Part shown: positions 14,201-26,840 of the stretch, one piece after another
How positions within the stretch are numbered: the stretch's first letter is position 1
Layout: each line of letters starts with the position of its first letter
From: Perkinsus olseni
Taxonomy: Eukaryota
DNA: 64,000 bases
Reading direction: 5' to 3'
Assembly (NCBI GenBank): GCA_013115125.1
Contig: JABANN010000068.1
Coordinates: 1-64,000, forward strand
Position numbers and translations under genes: made by a program
The notes under the pieces: generated by a model
The model's database searches: none
What the model saw: only the letters and a program-made list of their open reading frames with translations
What the model was told of the DNA's origin: nothing

Positions 14201-14867
14201 GGCGTCTGTCGAGAGTACCACACCGATTTCCAGCGGAACGGGAGCGTTCTTCGTGCCTGTTGGCATGACGGCGACTGGCGAATCGCCTCAGTCTGTCGTC
14301 TATGCGGATTCTGTCGGAGTTTGGCCGCCGCAAGAGGCTGGTCGGGTTGAGGATTTCGGGAAGGATCTCTCGGATATCGAGTATGTGAATGGTTCCTTGA
14401 TGGTGGCTGCTAATGACGACCGACTGATGGGCTACAGCGAGGGGTCGGAGGTGGCGATGCCGGTTGCGGTGTCGAAAGTAGCATATATTAGAGAAGGGAG
14501 TTTGGCTGTGTCTACTCCTGATAATTCTTTATATCTGTTGGAAGTTGATGATGATGGTGAGTGGCGTCGTAAGGCGAAGATCGGCGACTATGATGATCGT
14601 CAATCGTCGGCTGTTGATGTGATAAGTGGCATCGCCTTTAGTAGAAGCTACGGTATGTTGGTATTAATGACGTCTGGTAATATTGATATATGGAATATGG
14701 CTGATGGTAGAAGGACCATCACCCACCTCACACTACCGGAGGTACAACGCTATACCGCCATCGCTGCTGTCAACACTCAAGGACAACAAGAAGAGGAAGA
14801 TTCCATCATCGTCTCGGGACTGAAGAAGGATCGACAGGCAGTCGCGATACGTGTCCGAGTGGACTGA
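8269..14867 (+). CDS. Multi-exon multipass membrane protein (paralogue A) with internal WW-like domain and C-terminal beta-rich domain
   Basis: Exons join in frame at GT-AG sites: LFSYNK..FDQTLRQ, LYREDLRDLFGLTISKMDNYLVVNTLMLGF, SLHASITAQS..VKLLTQWLRLPLP, WQGYDAYARV, PQDW...YYVNSVTGDIRWRP, LRPWSIYKQ, last exon 14147-14867. Intron positions shared with paralogue B. Confidence 0.75.
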
Positions 14868-15392
14868 GTACGTAACAACATATTCCGTATCTTTCCATGG
14901 TCAAGCTGAGATACTCTAACCCAATTCACGATGTCCCTTGTTATTGGGATCGTAGATTTTCTATTAAACTTTAGTAATGCCCCGTTCTCTGGGCAAGACA
15001 GCGGTCTTACCCGTTCAACACCAATGATGGTGGACCGTTGTCTATCTCTCCTCCTTCTTGTTAGTGTCCAGTTTCGAATCTGAAAAATGTGGATTGTTGT
15101 GTTGATGATGGCGACGGCGGTTTGGGACGTATCATGATAAGACTGAAAGTTCAGTAAAGTGTAAAGTTCAGTTCAGTTCAGTGTAAAGTTCGGGTTCAGT
15201 AAAGACTGTTTTGATACGATTGGATAATTATTTTTACATCATTATTGAATCTTATTAGAAGAATCTTGAATGAAGATCATCAAAAAAAGGTCAAATTATT
15301 GCTAATTGATAACTTACTAATTCTTTTACTAATCTGATATTTTTGTAATGATCTGCATCCAAGATTGTTTTTAATTTGTATAATAGATTATC

Positions 15393-18300
15393 ATGGCAAC
15401 CGCAGCTGCAGCAACAGTCGCGGGGGTCGCCTCTCTGGCCGGCTCCACAGCAGGGGCGTTGTTCTCCTATAACAAGGCAGCCTTTGTATTAGATCAAACG
15501 CTGAGGCAATGGGCGGTCCACCAAGTCCAGGATATGCGAATTGACCAGGCAAGTTAGCTGCATTCCTTCTGAGTACTACAGTAGTGCTCTGGGGCGTCAA
15601 CGCTGTCGCTGAGACGCGGGTTGAGGCGTTCTTCTTTCAGATTGATTTGTATCGTGATGATTTGAGAGATCTTTTTGGCCTGACTATCTCCAGGATGGAT
15701 ACGTATCTTACTGTCAACTCGGTGGCTCTTGCTGTGAGTGTTCACTCTATTTATTGTGGTATGATACCACCTGATATACCTCAACCGAAGGAAGTCCCGT
15801 CGTGGCTTTGGTTCATCTGGTGAGTACCGTCTGACCAGTCTAGTTGGTTACGCCGTCGCTCTCTCATTCGGGAGTTCGCGGGTTCTATCCCTGCAGCCGC
15901 CAATTTTCATTCCTCAGGATTCTCAACTTGGCAGCCAGTACTGTACTTCTTTTACTATCTGTCTGCTTCGCCCTTCACGCCTCAATCGTCGCCCAGTCCC
16001 TTGAAGTCAAGCTGCTCACACGATGGCTCCGGTAAGCCTCGGTGGCCACGTCCCTTTCGAGTAGACCATCGCCACACTGGTCAGGCTTCCTCTACCGAAG
16101 ACCTCCGACATCGCCAATGCCGCTGACACCATTGAGGTGAGTGAGGGGGAAGATTCTCCTGTGGCTGTCTTATTGATGCGGCGAAGAGGAGACCCCGAGG
16201 CCATTAGCTGCTCCTGTCGCGTGTGCCTCCTTCCTGTCGTCTTGGTTGTGTCAAAGCTAGACCATGTCTTGTGCCGCCGAGGTCGGGGCTGCTGTTGTTG
16301 GGACGTTGGGAGTGGGGTAATCCAACCTTACATCCTGGTCTTCCTATCAGAGGTTCGAGTGCAACCCAATAAAATCGATTTTTCGTATCCCGGTCGTCCG
16401 GCGACTATCGAAGCGACGGACTGCCCACGCTGGGTCGAGTCGGAAGGACGCTCGGGAGGTTGGGAAGAACGGTATGATGGACCACGCAGAGGATGATAAG
16501 TGAGGGGCTCACTGGCTCGAGGCTCTGCAGTACCGGATCGATCCTCAGGTATACTGTGTCGCATTTTTCGCTCTTCCAGCGTCTGCAAAAATCCTGGCAG
16601 GGCTACGACGCCTACGCTCGTGTGTTCATGGTCATGGCCAACAACCAGATGCTATTGACGTTCGCCGATTTCGCGCTAGGGTTAGGAGCATCTTGCACTC
16701 TTGTCGTATCCTGCATTTCCTTAACGGCTCATCCGTCAGGTCTACTATGATGGGAGATCGCGAGGTCTGGGCTGCCTGGGCGTTCGTTGTCGTCATCGCC
16801 ACCGCGGCGATGCTTCATCTGAGGATGAACCTCACTTTTGAGAGCTACAACGAGCTCATCGTCATGCTGGTCCTGGCTTACCTGACGCCCCTATCTGCAG
16901 CAGCCGCCGCCACTCTGGACTACGCCGGGCAGACGTCTATAGGTGAGGGGAGAGGGGATTTGGTTAATGTTGAGGACTTCTCGATGAGGAGGAAGATCGT
17001 CGTTGCAACGGCACACGAGGCTCCGGAGTGCGAGGGAGGTATACAGTCGCGAAAGAATGCGGCATGCAGATTTTGGAAAGATGAGGCCACTGTGCCACCT
17101 TCTCAGTCATTCTCGTGCCGTCTTGGATTTCCGTAGTTATCGAGTTTACCAAAGAACGCTCCCGTGAGTTCTCGTCTTCGCTGTTTAGGTGAAGACACAG
17201 CCCTGGCGTCCATCGCCTTGCACTGCCTCTGGTATTACTATCTGGTCTTGCAAGGGTTGGAGGCCACTGAAGTCTTGCCTGGCAAGTTCAATATCGTCCG
17301 GATGACGTCGGGTGGGCTGTGCTTCACTAGCTGTATATCTGTACGCGTATCCTTGCGCGTGCGTTAGATATCCTCCTGCATGAGAACCCGTTCCATGGTT
17401 TTGTTCGCCACGAGATGACGGAAGGGGGAATCGATGTAAGGCTTTTGCAGCTCGGTCAAGATGCCACTTGCTCAATTCAATTTAAAAGAAAACTCCCGAT
17501 TATTGGAATGGCACCTGCGCCGATTGGCTGTCTACCGGCGTTCGGATGGCCAGTAGAACTTTCCGGTGGTAGCTTCCTCTTTGCATGGGGGGCCGCTAGC
17601 GGCAGCGCTCAATACAGGGAGAGTCCGTGACGGCGCGTTGATTGAGAATGGAGGGTGAATAACGAAAGGGTGATGGTCGTGCATGTTGGAGCTAAGAATT
17701 TTCCACCAGCAGATAGTAATAAGTGGCGCTAGCCTCTGACCTGTCCGATCGGAGTTTTTCAAAAAGTGGACACACGATCGTGCGCGTTTGACACTATGAT
17801 TAATTGACAGTGAATATAACGTGACTAGCTATGATGATCACTACCAAGTGATGGGCCATCGTACAGTCTTCTTCCAACTGAGCCTTCGAGTTCGGCTCAG
17901 TTTTCTTGTTGATTCAGGGGAGTAGGAGGCCTAGCGACTATGAGTGGGACTTCGAGAGGAACGACGACTATTGCCCTCCTGAGTGTCGACGAGAAGTGGA
18001 GCGCTTGGACGATGACCTGGTCGAAAAAGAGGATAAAGAAATATGCTCGGCGTTAAACTTTACTGACCAGGACAGTTTTTCTTCCGCTGGGAAGAAGTCG
18101 CCAGGAAACAAGTAGCGGTATCGTTCTGTTGATGGTGTGGGGACTCTTGCTCTTTCAGAAAGGACTCGCAGTTGGCCTTGATGGAAGAGGGTCGAGGGGC
18201 GTCGATCAGGCACAGCAAAATTGGTGAGTTCGCAAAAGTTGGCTTTTCGTGGTGACAGTGGAGCACTCAGGTGAGTGGGTGGAGGCACATTACGGACAGC

Positions 18301-19467
18301 GGCCGGCTCCAGAGGATCGTTGGCAAGAGTCCTGTTTCAAGGGGGTGAGTCTCATCACTTGCATCACTTGCATCACTTGCATTTCCTCAACGACGATAGG
18401 TAACTGATCCTAGTATTGTTAGAGAACAGGTTGATGAATTTGGTGAAAATGTCGAGGAATTTGAGAAGGAGCAGAAGGCTGGCAAGGTCAAGTCGTGCCG
18501 GTGAGATGGAAGTCGCCTCCCTTTCCTAGACTAAGCTCCCTTTTCCAGTTGCGTGGACAGCCCGAAGGTCATCTTCAAGCCATGTGAGTACCGTCACCCC
18601 GATCGCCCTAAGAACATCACTCATTACCGTCTTCGTCCGTGGTCGATCTACAAGCAGGTCTCAGCGATTATCTCTGCCGTGTGGACTGTTGGGTGAGTTT
18701 ATCGTCTGCCTGCTGCCTTTGACGGATTCCTTTTCCTCAGATTTATCTGGTGGGCTCTGGTGTGCGCTGATGTTCCCACTGGTACGGACCTGCCAGGCCC
18801 GGTTTTCAAGGCTGCATCGGCCGGAGAAAGCTCGGCCCGTTTTCCGCCGTTCTTCACCCCTATTGGTTTGGATTTTTTCAACAACGGTTCTGCCGTAGCA
18901 ACTGATGACATTTCTTTTTGGCCTCGGTTGCCTTGCGCTGTGCTCAGTCCGAGTGATGTTCTGAGTATCGGCGAGGACGTGATGGTCGCTAATGGCACCG
19001 ACCGCTTGCTCAATTGCGCTACTGCCGGATCTTGGAAATTACCGATTGCGGTCGTGAAAGTAGCATATATTAGAGAAGGGAGTTTGGCTGTGTCTACTCC
19101 TGATAATTCTTTATATCTGTTGGAAGTTGATGGTGATGGGGAGTGGCGTCGTAAGGCGAAGATCGGCGACTATGATGATCGTCAATCGTCGGGTGGTGAT
19201 GTGATAAGTGGCATCGCCTTTAGTAGAAGGTACGGTGTGTTGGTATTAATGACGTCTGGTAATATTGATATTTGGAATATGGCTGATGGTAGAAGGACCA
19301 TCACCCGCCTCACACTACCGGAGGTACAGCGATATACCGCCATCGCTGCTGTCAACACTCAAGGACAACAACAAGAAGATTTCATCGTCGTCTCGGGACT
19401 GGGAAAAGACCAGCGAGCCGACCTTTTTAGGATTAACGAAGAAGTTAATAAGTTTTTAGAGAAATAA
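15393..19467 (+). CDS. Multi-exon multipass membrane protein (paralogue B of 8269-14867)
   Basis: Same conserved blocks (LFSYNK, LYRDDLRDLFGLTISRMDTYL, LHASIVAQS, WQGYDAYARV, LRPWSIYKQ). Final exon FIWWALVCAD... runs into ORF 18760-19467. First intron is GC-AG. Confidence 0.75.
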
Positions 19468-19951
19468 AAGTTCAATTTCCTTCTGTGACTGAGGGGTGAC
19501 CCCTTCTTCGGAGCACCTCGTCACGTTACTGCCATTGTGGCACTGGTATTTTTATAAACCCGCTCATTCTAGCTTAAAACTTGTCTTTTCAAGGTGATCT
19601 TCTCTACTTTAGTCGTACGGCTTTGCGTAGTCGATCGGTCAATATCGCTCGGGCCCGATTGACCTCATTACTGGGCGCTGGTCGATCTTCACAGTACCTA
19701 GTGGCGAAGATTCTCTCCGAGTAGTATCCATTAGAGGTAGCGAGAGACCTCAATGTACTGTACACGTACGCTGAAGAAGGTTGGAGCTCTTCACGCTTCT
19801 CACTCCCCCGTGCGTCTTGGGAGCTTGACTGAGTTTCAACCATCGAGGCGTTCGTGACACCACTCGGTATCCCCTTTCTTGCAACCGCATTCGACCTTTG
19901 TTTTATGAGACGATAGTTGCATTCTGTTAAGTGACGAGTACAAGATTCGAA

Positions 19952-20948
19952 ATGGACGGGCTTGAATCATTCGGTGGCTTCGAAAACAGTTTTTTGTCTG
20001 AGGCTGAGATGGCTCGACAAGGTCACTTCAACCTCGTTGTTGATTTGAAGACTACGAACAGGAAGTTCGAGGATGCATTACTACCTCTGGGGCTGCGTTA
20101 CCTTGTCATGCAGTACATAGGGAAGAGAGATTCATTGGGTTTCGTGACGAAACTTTCGTCATTCCCGACGACGACTGTGAGGTGAGGCTGCTGTGTGGTG
20201 AATGCACCGAAGAGTTCCCGAACTCTTTTATTGGCTACGTTGTTTGGGTGGCCGATGATCCCAAGCACCCTGTAGGAATAGAGTGGGATGCTGTCCGCAT
20301 GGAATACGTACCAAATCCGGCAACGCGTTGGCTCGGGTTATATAATCACGTCAGTGACTGACGGTCAGTCTGCGCTATGACTGCGCCTACATGATTGAAC
20401 CACCTGACGATAGTCGTGGTTCGCTCTTATGGGAGCTCAACGTGTTCACCAAAGTATGGCGTTTAGTAAGACGGTTGGGGTACACGCCTGTTCCTACTAT
20501 GTGCTTTGATGTCATTCGCTTCGAAGATAAGCTGAGGGTGCCTGTTGTTGATGATCGTGGGAAGAACATAAATTTATATGTCTGGGACGGGCTGGGGGAA
20601 AAGCGTACGATCGAGTGCACTGGTGTCTCGGCCGATCTCTATAAAGTATGGTTCGTGACTCCTGATGTGGTGGTAGCTACTACTGCCCCAAACGACAAGT
20701 ATGGTGAGTTGGTCCTCTGCCACGTAGGGGTCAATGCGTCGAGATTTGATAAGAATAAGATAGCACGGACTCGGTGAATGTGGTCCGAGTCTCCAAGGTT
20801 GTGTTTGAGCCGTTGCGGCCATTGCCTGCGCTTAAAGCGCTTTTGCGATAAGATCATCAACCTCGACAGCACGATGCTTATGATGGCTTATCGAGCAGAG
20901 GCATGCGAGGTTTTCTTCTTATCTCCTATTTTTCGACAAGTCAGCTGA
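19952..20948 (+). pseudogene. Lineage-specific hypothetical gene (weak F-box-like N-terminus) frameshifted by a 14-bp insertion
   Basis: LPLGLRYLVMQYIG motif. Open frame 20221-20355 joins the frame of ORF 20391-20777 only after removing 14 bp of the motif at 20349-20370. 3' end uncertain. Confidence 0.45.
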
Positions 20949-21765
20949 TTTTGAATGAGCCTCACTTGGGTTACGGCTCCCAAGATGTTCAGAGGGCATT
21001 ATAATATACTTACCTGTGTTAGGTTACATAACTCAGCAAGAGCCGTTCACAGTGGTTCTCAAGTTGTAACTACTATCATAACATCAATAGGCAAGCTACT
21101 TTAGTTAGGGCGAGAGTCGCAAGAGGACTCTTGGAGTCAATTGCGTACAGCATTTCCTGGTAGGGTCGCAACCGATTCGACTGAACCGAGATTCGGTTAC
21201 CGGTGGCTGAGGCGACCTCAGTGAGGCCCTGGCGCCGTACACCTGTATAATTGTTGCTGACAGCAGCAGCCTGCTGCCAGCAGGTGACAGTGTTGTCATT
21301 GCAGTCACTTGGTCTCTAACAGGTGTCCCCGATATCATTATTTTTGCCTCACGCTTGATTCTAGGGTCCTCGAGCTTTGAGACTTCGGAGTCCTGAAGAG
21401 TCCCTGTAGATCAGCCTTCCAAGTCGGTGTTATCCTGCGCCACCTCTAGTTCTACAGTTTAGTGTCAACAACTGTTACTGAACAACGCAACCCGCCTTAT
21501 CCGTTATGAAAAACTTTTCTTCAAAATTCTAATCGGGCTGTAGGAATGAAGCTAAGAAGCCAACTGATACCTCGGCGACTGGAGCTGAGCCACCGGGTCA
21601 GTTGGCAGGTCAGTGAGGCAAACTCGACCAAAAGTATCAAGTCAAACTTGCTTGACGGGAGGAGAAAATGAAGCCCGTGAACTCTGACGAATTTAGGTCA
21701 TGACCGAGATCCGATGAAATAGGATCTCGTCATCACGAGATTATGTACATAACCGTCACAGAGTG

Positions 21766-22973
21766 CTACTGTAGTTCTAGGTGGTCCACTGCTATGCCGT
21801 GAAGACCAAATCTCTTCGCCAATCTGACCTTGCCGATTGCTCTGGTCCGAGAGTAGAAATAATAAAGTCTACCATCAGGGCCAAAAACCGTTCCGTCACC
21901 GTCAGGGTCAGCACCGAACTTGGTAATTACGTCGTGATAATTAGTGATGGAGCTGCCACGCGGGTCGTCAGATTTGTCATAAGTCTTGGCAACAGAACTT
22001 ATCTGAGTACACAGAGAACTGCGGACCTCATTAATGCGAGTAAGATCGATTCACTAAACCGGCCACCTACCTCGAGGATGAGCTTGTCTGCTTGTACTCC
22101 AGCCTCGGTAGCGTTCTTTATGGCCTTCTCAGCAATCGCGTCCGTGAGGAACAGACCTCTTTCGGAATCCGAGGCTTCTCCCTTGACCCTGGGCTCGAGC
22201 GTAACGACATTGAAATCAGCGAGTTGAGGGATTCCGGTTTCAAGAGCTCGATGCCACTCATAATAGTAGGACCTAACAAGACAAGTCAAGTGAGCTGCGA
22301 CGTCACAATCTTCTCTACGTTGAGCGGGAAACGAACAGCGAATTCATAACGAATGCACCCTATATGCCATGGAAGCTCACTTCACCGTGGTAACTATCCC
22401 CAGTTCCTTGAAGGCTTCGAAGCGCTTTTTCGTAACGGCCAACTGATCCTCATCAAACCAGTCGTTCACCATCCAGAAGCCGTCCACAGGGTAAGCTTCC
22501 ATGAATTCTCGAACACTGCTCTTGAGAATTTCTTTGTCGAAGTCTTTGAACTGGTCCTGCAGACCCCGTCTCAGATAGGCTACTATTTTACCCCCCTTTG
22601 CCTTCACTCGCCCTCTCAGGGCCATGAACTTGGACTTATCCCAAGCTTCAAGCTGGGAAAACATCTTGCTGTAAACGATCATGTTATTTTGGAGCATGTA
22701 GCCGGGCAGAATAAAGTTCCTCGTACCATTCATCAAAAGTTCATCGAAGTGCGAATCCCAGTCGAAACGGCTATGGTTTCCGAACTCCAGAGGTTCCCAT
22801 GGATGCATCACTTCTTTATAGAACTCTAAGCCTTTGCCGGGGGGTGATGTGGTTAGTAAGGGTGAACGGGAGTATGGTGTCGGACATGGCTTCCTCAAGT
22901 TATAATTGCAACGCAGGGAATGGACAAGCTGGTGGAGGAGGCAGAAGCTCAGGAGCTGCTCTGGAGTCCTCAT
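21766..22973 (-). CDS. GH18/chitinase-like secreted protein, probably non-catalytic (copy 2, apparently intact, 3 exons)
   Basis: Hydrophobic N-terminus; FMEAYPVDGFW, GVQADKLIL and YYFYSRTRAIGKVRLAKRFGLHG resemble GH18 barrel motifs. Exons splice in frame to TAG at 21766-21768. Confidence 0.65.
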
Positions 22974-24018
22974 GCAATGACGATGACAAAAGGGATAACT
23001 AATGTAGACAAATCGAGTTGAACGACTCGACCGAGACTCAGAATTGTTGGTGACTTCCCAATCCTCGACTGATGAATCGGATCGCATCCGGCGTGCGCAT
23101 AAGCTTGCCAGTCGCATACGTTGCAATAATTCATTTCCCGCTCTTCTATTCGAGTGAATCGATCCACGACGACTCGGCACCTGGGTAATCCTAGACTGTC
23201 GTTGGTATCATAGAATATCACGAGCGAAAAGAACGCGAGGGCCAGTCCCAGGGTGACGTGACGTGAGGAGGCCTCCACATGACGTGATGTAGCGCTCGCC
23301 ACACCCTGAATGCCTCAATCGAAGCTCTACGGAGGGAGTTAATTAAGCCCGTTACGAGGATTTGCACGACAGTACACTGTCGTGGAGAGACTGACGCTAG
23401 TAGTAGTAGTGGTAGTAGTAATACGCTGCGTCGACAAAATCAAAAAGTTTTCAACCTGAATGCCGCCTCTAATCTTCATTCGCTGCGCAGGGCCCCAGTT
23501 TCTAGTCTCGCGGGTTTTATTCTACCTTGGTCAAGCTTCTAATTTGGCTACATTGTAGCCAGTAAACTCTGGCAGGTGTCTCCTAAATCATAATATTTGC
23601 CTCACGTTGGATTCTAAGATCCCTTAACGTTGAGTCTTAATTCCAGGACTTAAAGCTCTAGACAGTCCCAACAGATATTCGAAGTCGGCACACTCGGACG
23701 AGCAGACAATTTTTCTGCACCACCTCGAAGTCCACAATTTAGTATCAACTACTCAACCCGTCTCATCCACTATGAAAAAATCTTCTTGGAAACTCTTATC
23801 CGGCTGTAAGAATGGATTTGTGAAACGAACTAATACCTCGGCGACTGGAGCCACCTAATCAGTTGGCGGGTCAATGGGCCAGGATAACTCAGCGTACCAA
23901 GTCAAACTTGCTTGACAAGAGGAAGGAATGAAGCCCGTCAATCCGACGAATTGAGATCATGAGCGAGATCTGACGAGATGAGATCTCGTCATCACGAGAT
24001 TAAGTACACGACCGTCAC

Positions 24019-26625
24019 CTACTGCCACTTTGGCACAAGGTGCGGCACTGCAACACCGTGAAGACCATATTTCTTCGCCAACCTTACCTTGCCGAGTGTC
24101 CTGGGTCGAGAGTAGAAATAATAAAGTCTACCATCAGGACCGAAAACTGTGCCGTCGCCGTCGGGGTCAGCACCGAATTCGGTAGTTGCTTGGTAATACC
24201 CGGTGATGGTACTCGGGTCGTCAGATCTGTCATAGGTCTTAGCAACAGAAGTTATCTGAGCAATCAGAGAACAGCAGACTTCGATTAATGCGGACAGATA
24301 ATTAACCGGTCACTTACTTTGAGGATGAGCTTGTCTGCTCGTGCTCCAGCCTCGGTAGCGTTTGTTATGACCTTCTCAGCGATCGCGTCCGTGAGGAACA
24401 GACCTCTTTCGGAATCCGAAACGTCGTCATCGAGTCTGGGCTCGAGAGTAACGACATTCAAATCAGCAAGTTGAGGGATTCCGGTCTCCGTGAGCGCTCG
24501 ATGCCAATCATAATATGTGCACCTAAAAGGACAAGTCAAGCGAAGCGTGATGTCGGCGACATCATGTCGTAGTCCAATCCAGCTTGAGCGGCGACTTCGC
24601 AATCCACTCCTGCTGTGGGAACTCACTCCGCCATGAAAGTTATCCCCAGTCCCTTGAAGGTTGCGATGAGATCTCCCGAAATAAGCAAGGGATCCTTATC
24701 AAACCGACCCAATAGGGGTGTTCAGAGAACCTTTTCTATTGGAGAGATATACGGCACGGTTTCTTGGAGGAGAAATCGATTAGCTGGGGATAGAACCCTG
24801 GCTTATCGTCTGGCTAGCGACGTCATCGGTGGACCCCGTGAGGACCAACCGGGCGCACCGCATGACGGCGCAAGGTTCGGAAGTAACCCACTCTTGGCTC
24901 AGTGTCAGGGCAACGTGCCCTGACCCATCAGGGACAGGACTCCTGTCACAGGAGGGAGGGTTGGCTATGAGTCACGGTTTGCGGCGTTCGGTTAGGTCGC
25001 TAGAGTTCGTCACCGGAAAGGTGACCTGCCGCGGGAAGGACGGGTGTGTGAGCGTATGGTGCGATGGTCGCTCCTGATCGCACCAAGGCAACAGGCAACA
25101 CTGCAGTGGTCCTGATGGAGTGATAGTGAGAGTTTCTAGGAGGTGCGAGGCATCACCTCAGGTGATTCACCTGACCGGCATGACAACCTGTAGTTGACAC
25201 AGAGAGCAGTGGTGACTGCTAGGTGCGAGCGGGGATCCGTCCATCTGACGGACTGTGTGAGATAGTGGTGATAGGCAGAGCGGTCACCGTTGCGGGGTGT
25301 GGACTGGAGTATGTGATGGGACGACGCGGGGTCACCGTCGCTACGGGTATCCGTCAAGAGGATCGGTGTCCGTCAAGAGGACCATACGCCGTCATGGTTG
25401 TCGTCACGGACGCCTCCTTTCGAGGTTACAAACGAAGTTGGATAAAACGGACGCGTAGCTGTCACGTCTCGAGGGTACACTTCGTACGGGGTCTCGACGA
25501 GACCGTCTCGTACTATGCGGGACACGCGGTTCGTAGTGGCATGAGACTCAAGCGAGGGTGAGAGGGCCTCTATCCCGTTAGACGCGGGTTTGTGCGAGTT
25601 GGGGGACTAGAGATGAGATGACTGTGTGGTCAACACGCGAGTAGCTATCCCACTACAGTCACGCTCAACCTCTGGTCTGTATTGCCAAACTCAGGCCCCG
25701 GTTTTCGGGCCGCGGGTTTGAGGTTTGGTCAATACCTCTCCCATCCCCAGCGTCTATGGGATTTCTGCAATTCAGAATACGTTCCAGAATGCAAAACACC
25801 AAAATCGCGATCAGAGAACTGGCCCCGAAATACATTCTGGAAAGTGTTTCAGAAGGATTCCGAACGCGTTCAGTAGACTTCAGATTGTATTCCGAAACGT
25901 ATTCCAGAATGCGAAATCTGGGCACGAGAAAATCGTATTCTGAGCGAATATTTTACGAATATTTTATCGGGACCCTGGGCCAGGGTCCCTGGCTAAGGAT
26001 CGAACTCGGGGTTTTGCGGATGAGGACTGGGCGCATTACCGCTAGGCCATTTGACTGAATTTCGGCGGCGACGCCTGTCGGGGGTTGGGCGCTTGTGGGC
26101 TAGCGGACGTTGCGCACGAAACGTTTCCGGAATCCATTCTAAGAATGCGTTCTGAGAATGCGATCCGCTGAACGCATTTCGGAATCGATTCTGGGACACA
26201 TTCCGAGATATTTGAGAATGTAGTCCTCTGAACACGATTCGGGAATCAATTCTGAGAATCGATTCTGAGAATACTTTCTGGAATTGATTCCGGCTGATTT
26301 TTCTGAGCACCCCGGATGCCACTAAGAAGTCGTCCACAGGGTAGGCTTCTAGGAATTTTCGAACAATCCCCTGGAATGCTCCTCTGTCGAAGTACTCAAA
26401 AGGGCCATTAGGTCACCCCACCACAATCTGGCTACTATTTCACCCCCCTTTGCCTTGACTCGCTCTCTCAGGGCCATGAACTTGGACTTATCCCAAGCTT
26501 CAAGCTGGGAAAACATCTTGCTGTAAACGATCATGTTATTTTGGAGCATGTAGCCGGGCAGAATAGAGTTCCTCGTACCATTCATCAAAAGTTCATCGAA
26601 ATGCGAATCCCAGAGGAAACGGTCA
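24019..26625 (-). pseudogene. GH18/chitinase-like copy 3, 5'-truncated and split by a 1.6-kb insertion
   Basis: 26316-26625 and 24019-24713 align with copy 2. Removing the insertion restores PVDDFLVA-LGRFDKD, colinear with copy 2 PVDGFWMVNDWFDED. Confidence 0.75.
24714..26315. mobile_element. Non-autonomous DNA-transposon-like insertion (1602 bp) with imperfect terminal inverted repeats, flanked by AT
   Basis: GGGGTGTTCAGAGAA at 24715 versus reverse complement GGGGTGCTCAGAAAA ending at 26313 (13/15). AT at 24712-13 and 26316-17. TTC..GAA subterminal repeats. No recognisable ORF. Confidence 0.7.
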
Positions 26626-26840
26626 ACCCCTTTGATATAAAGAAGTAGACTCTTCTTAGTGTAGCGGCCTGCTATCAGCTCTCCAGACTTGCCCCGGTCG
26701 ACATTGGAGACTCGTGTTGGTATGAGTAGTATTCTACGAGTTCAGCTAGCGACCTCGAATATTCATTCGCTGCGCAGGGTTTCAGCTTTCTAGTCCTTCG
26801 AGTTTCATCGGATGAAATTCATCCCACGTTTAGCAATTTT

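Noticed and set aside
14148-14867. Independent single-exon genes at 14148-14867 and 18760-19467
   Set aside because: Both begin at AG acceptors and join in frame to LRPWSIYKQ exons; they are last exons of paralogues A and B
26305-26321. Possible LTR primer-binding site (TGGCATCCGGGG on minus strand)
   Set aside because: It is the junction between GH18 coding sequence and the insertion terminus; no adjacent LTR
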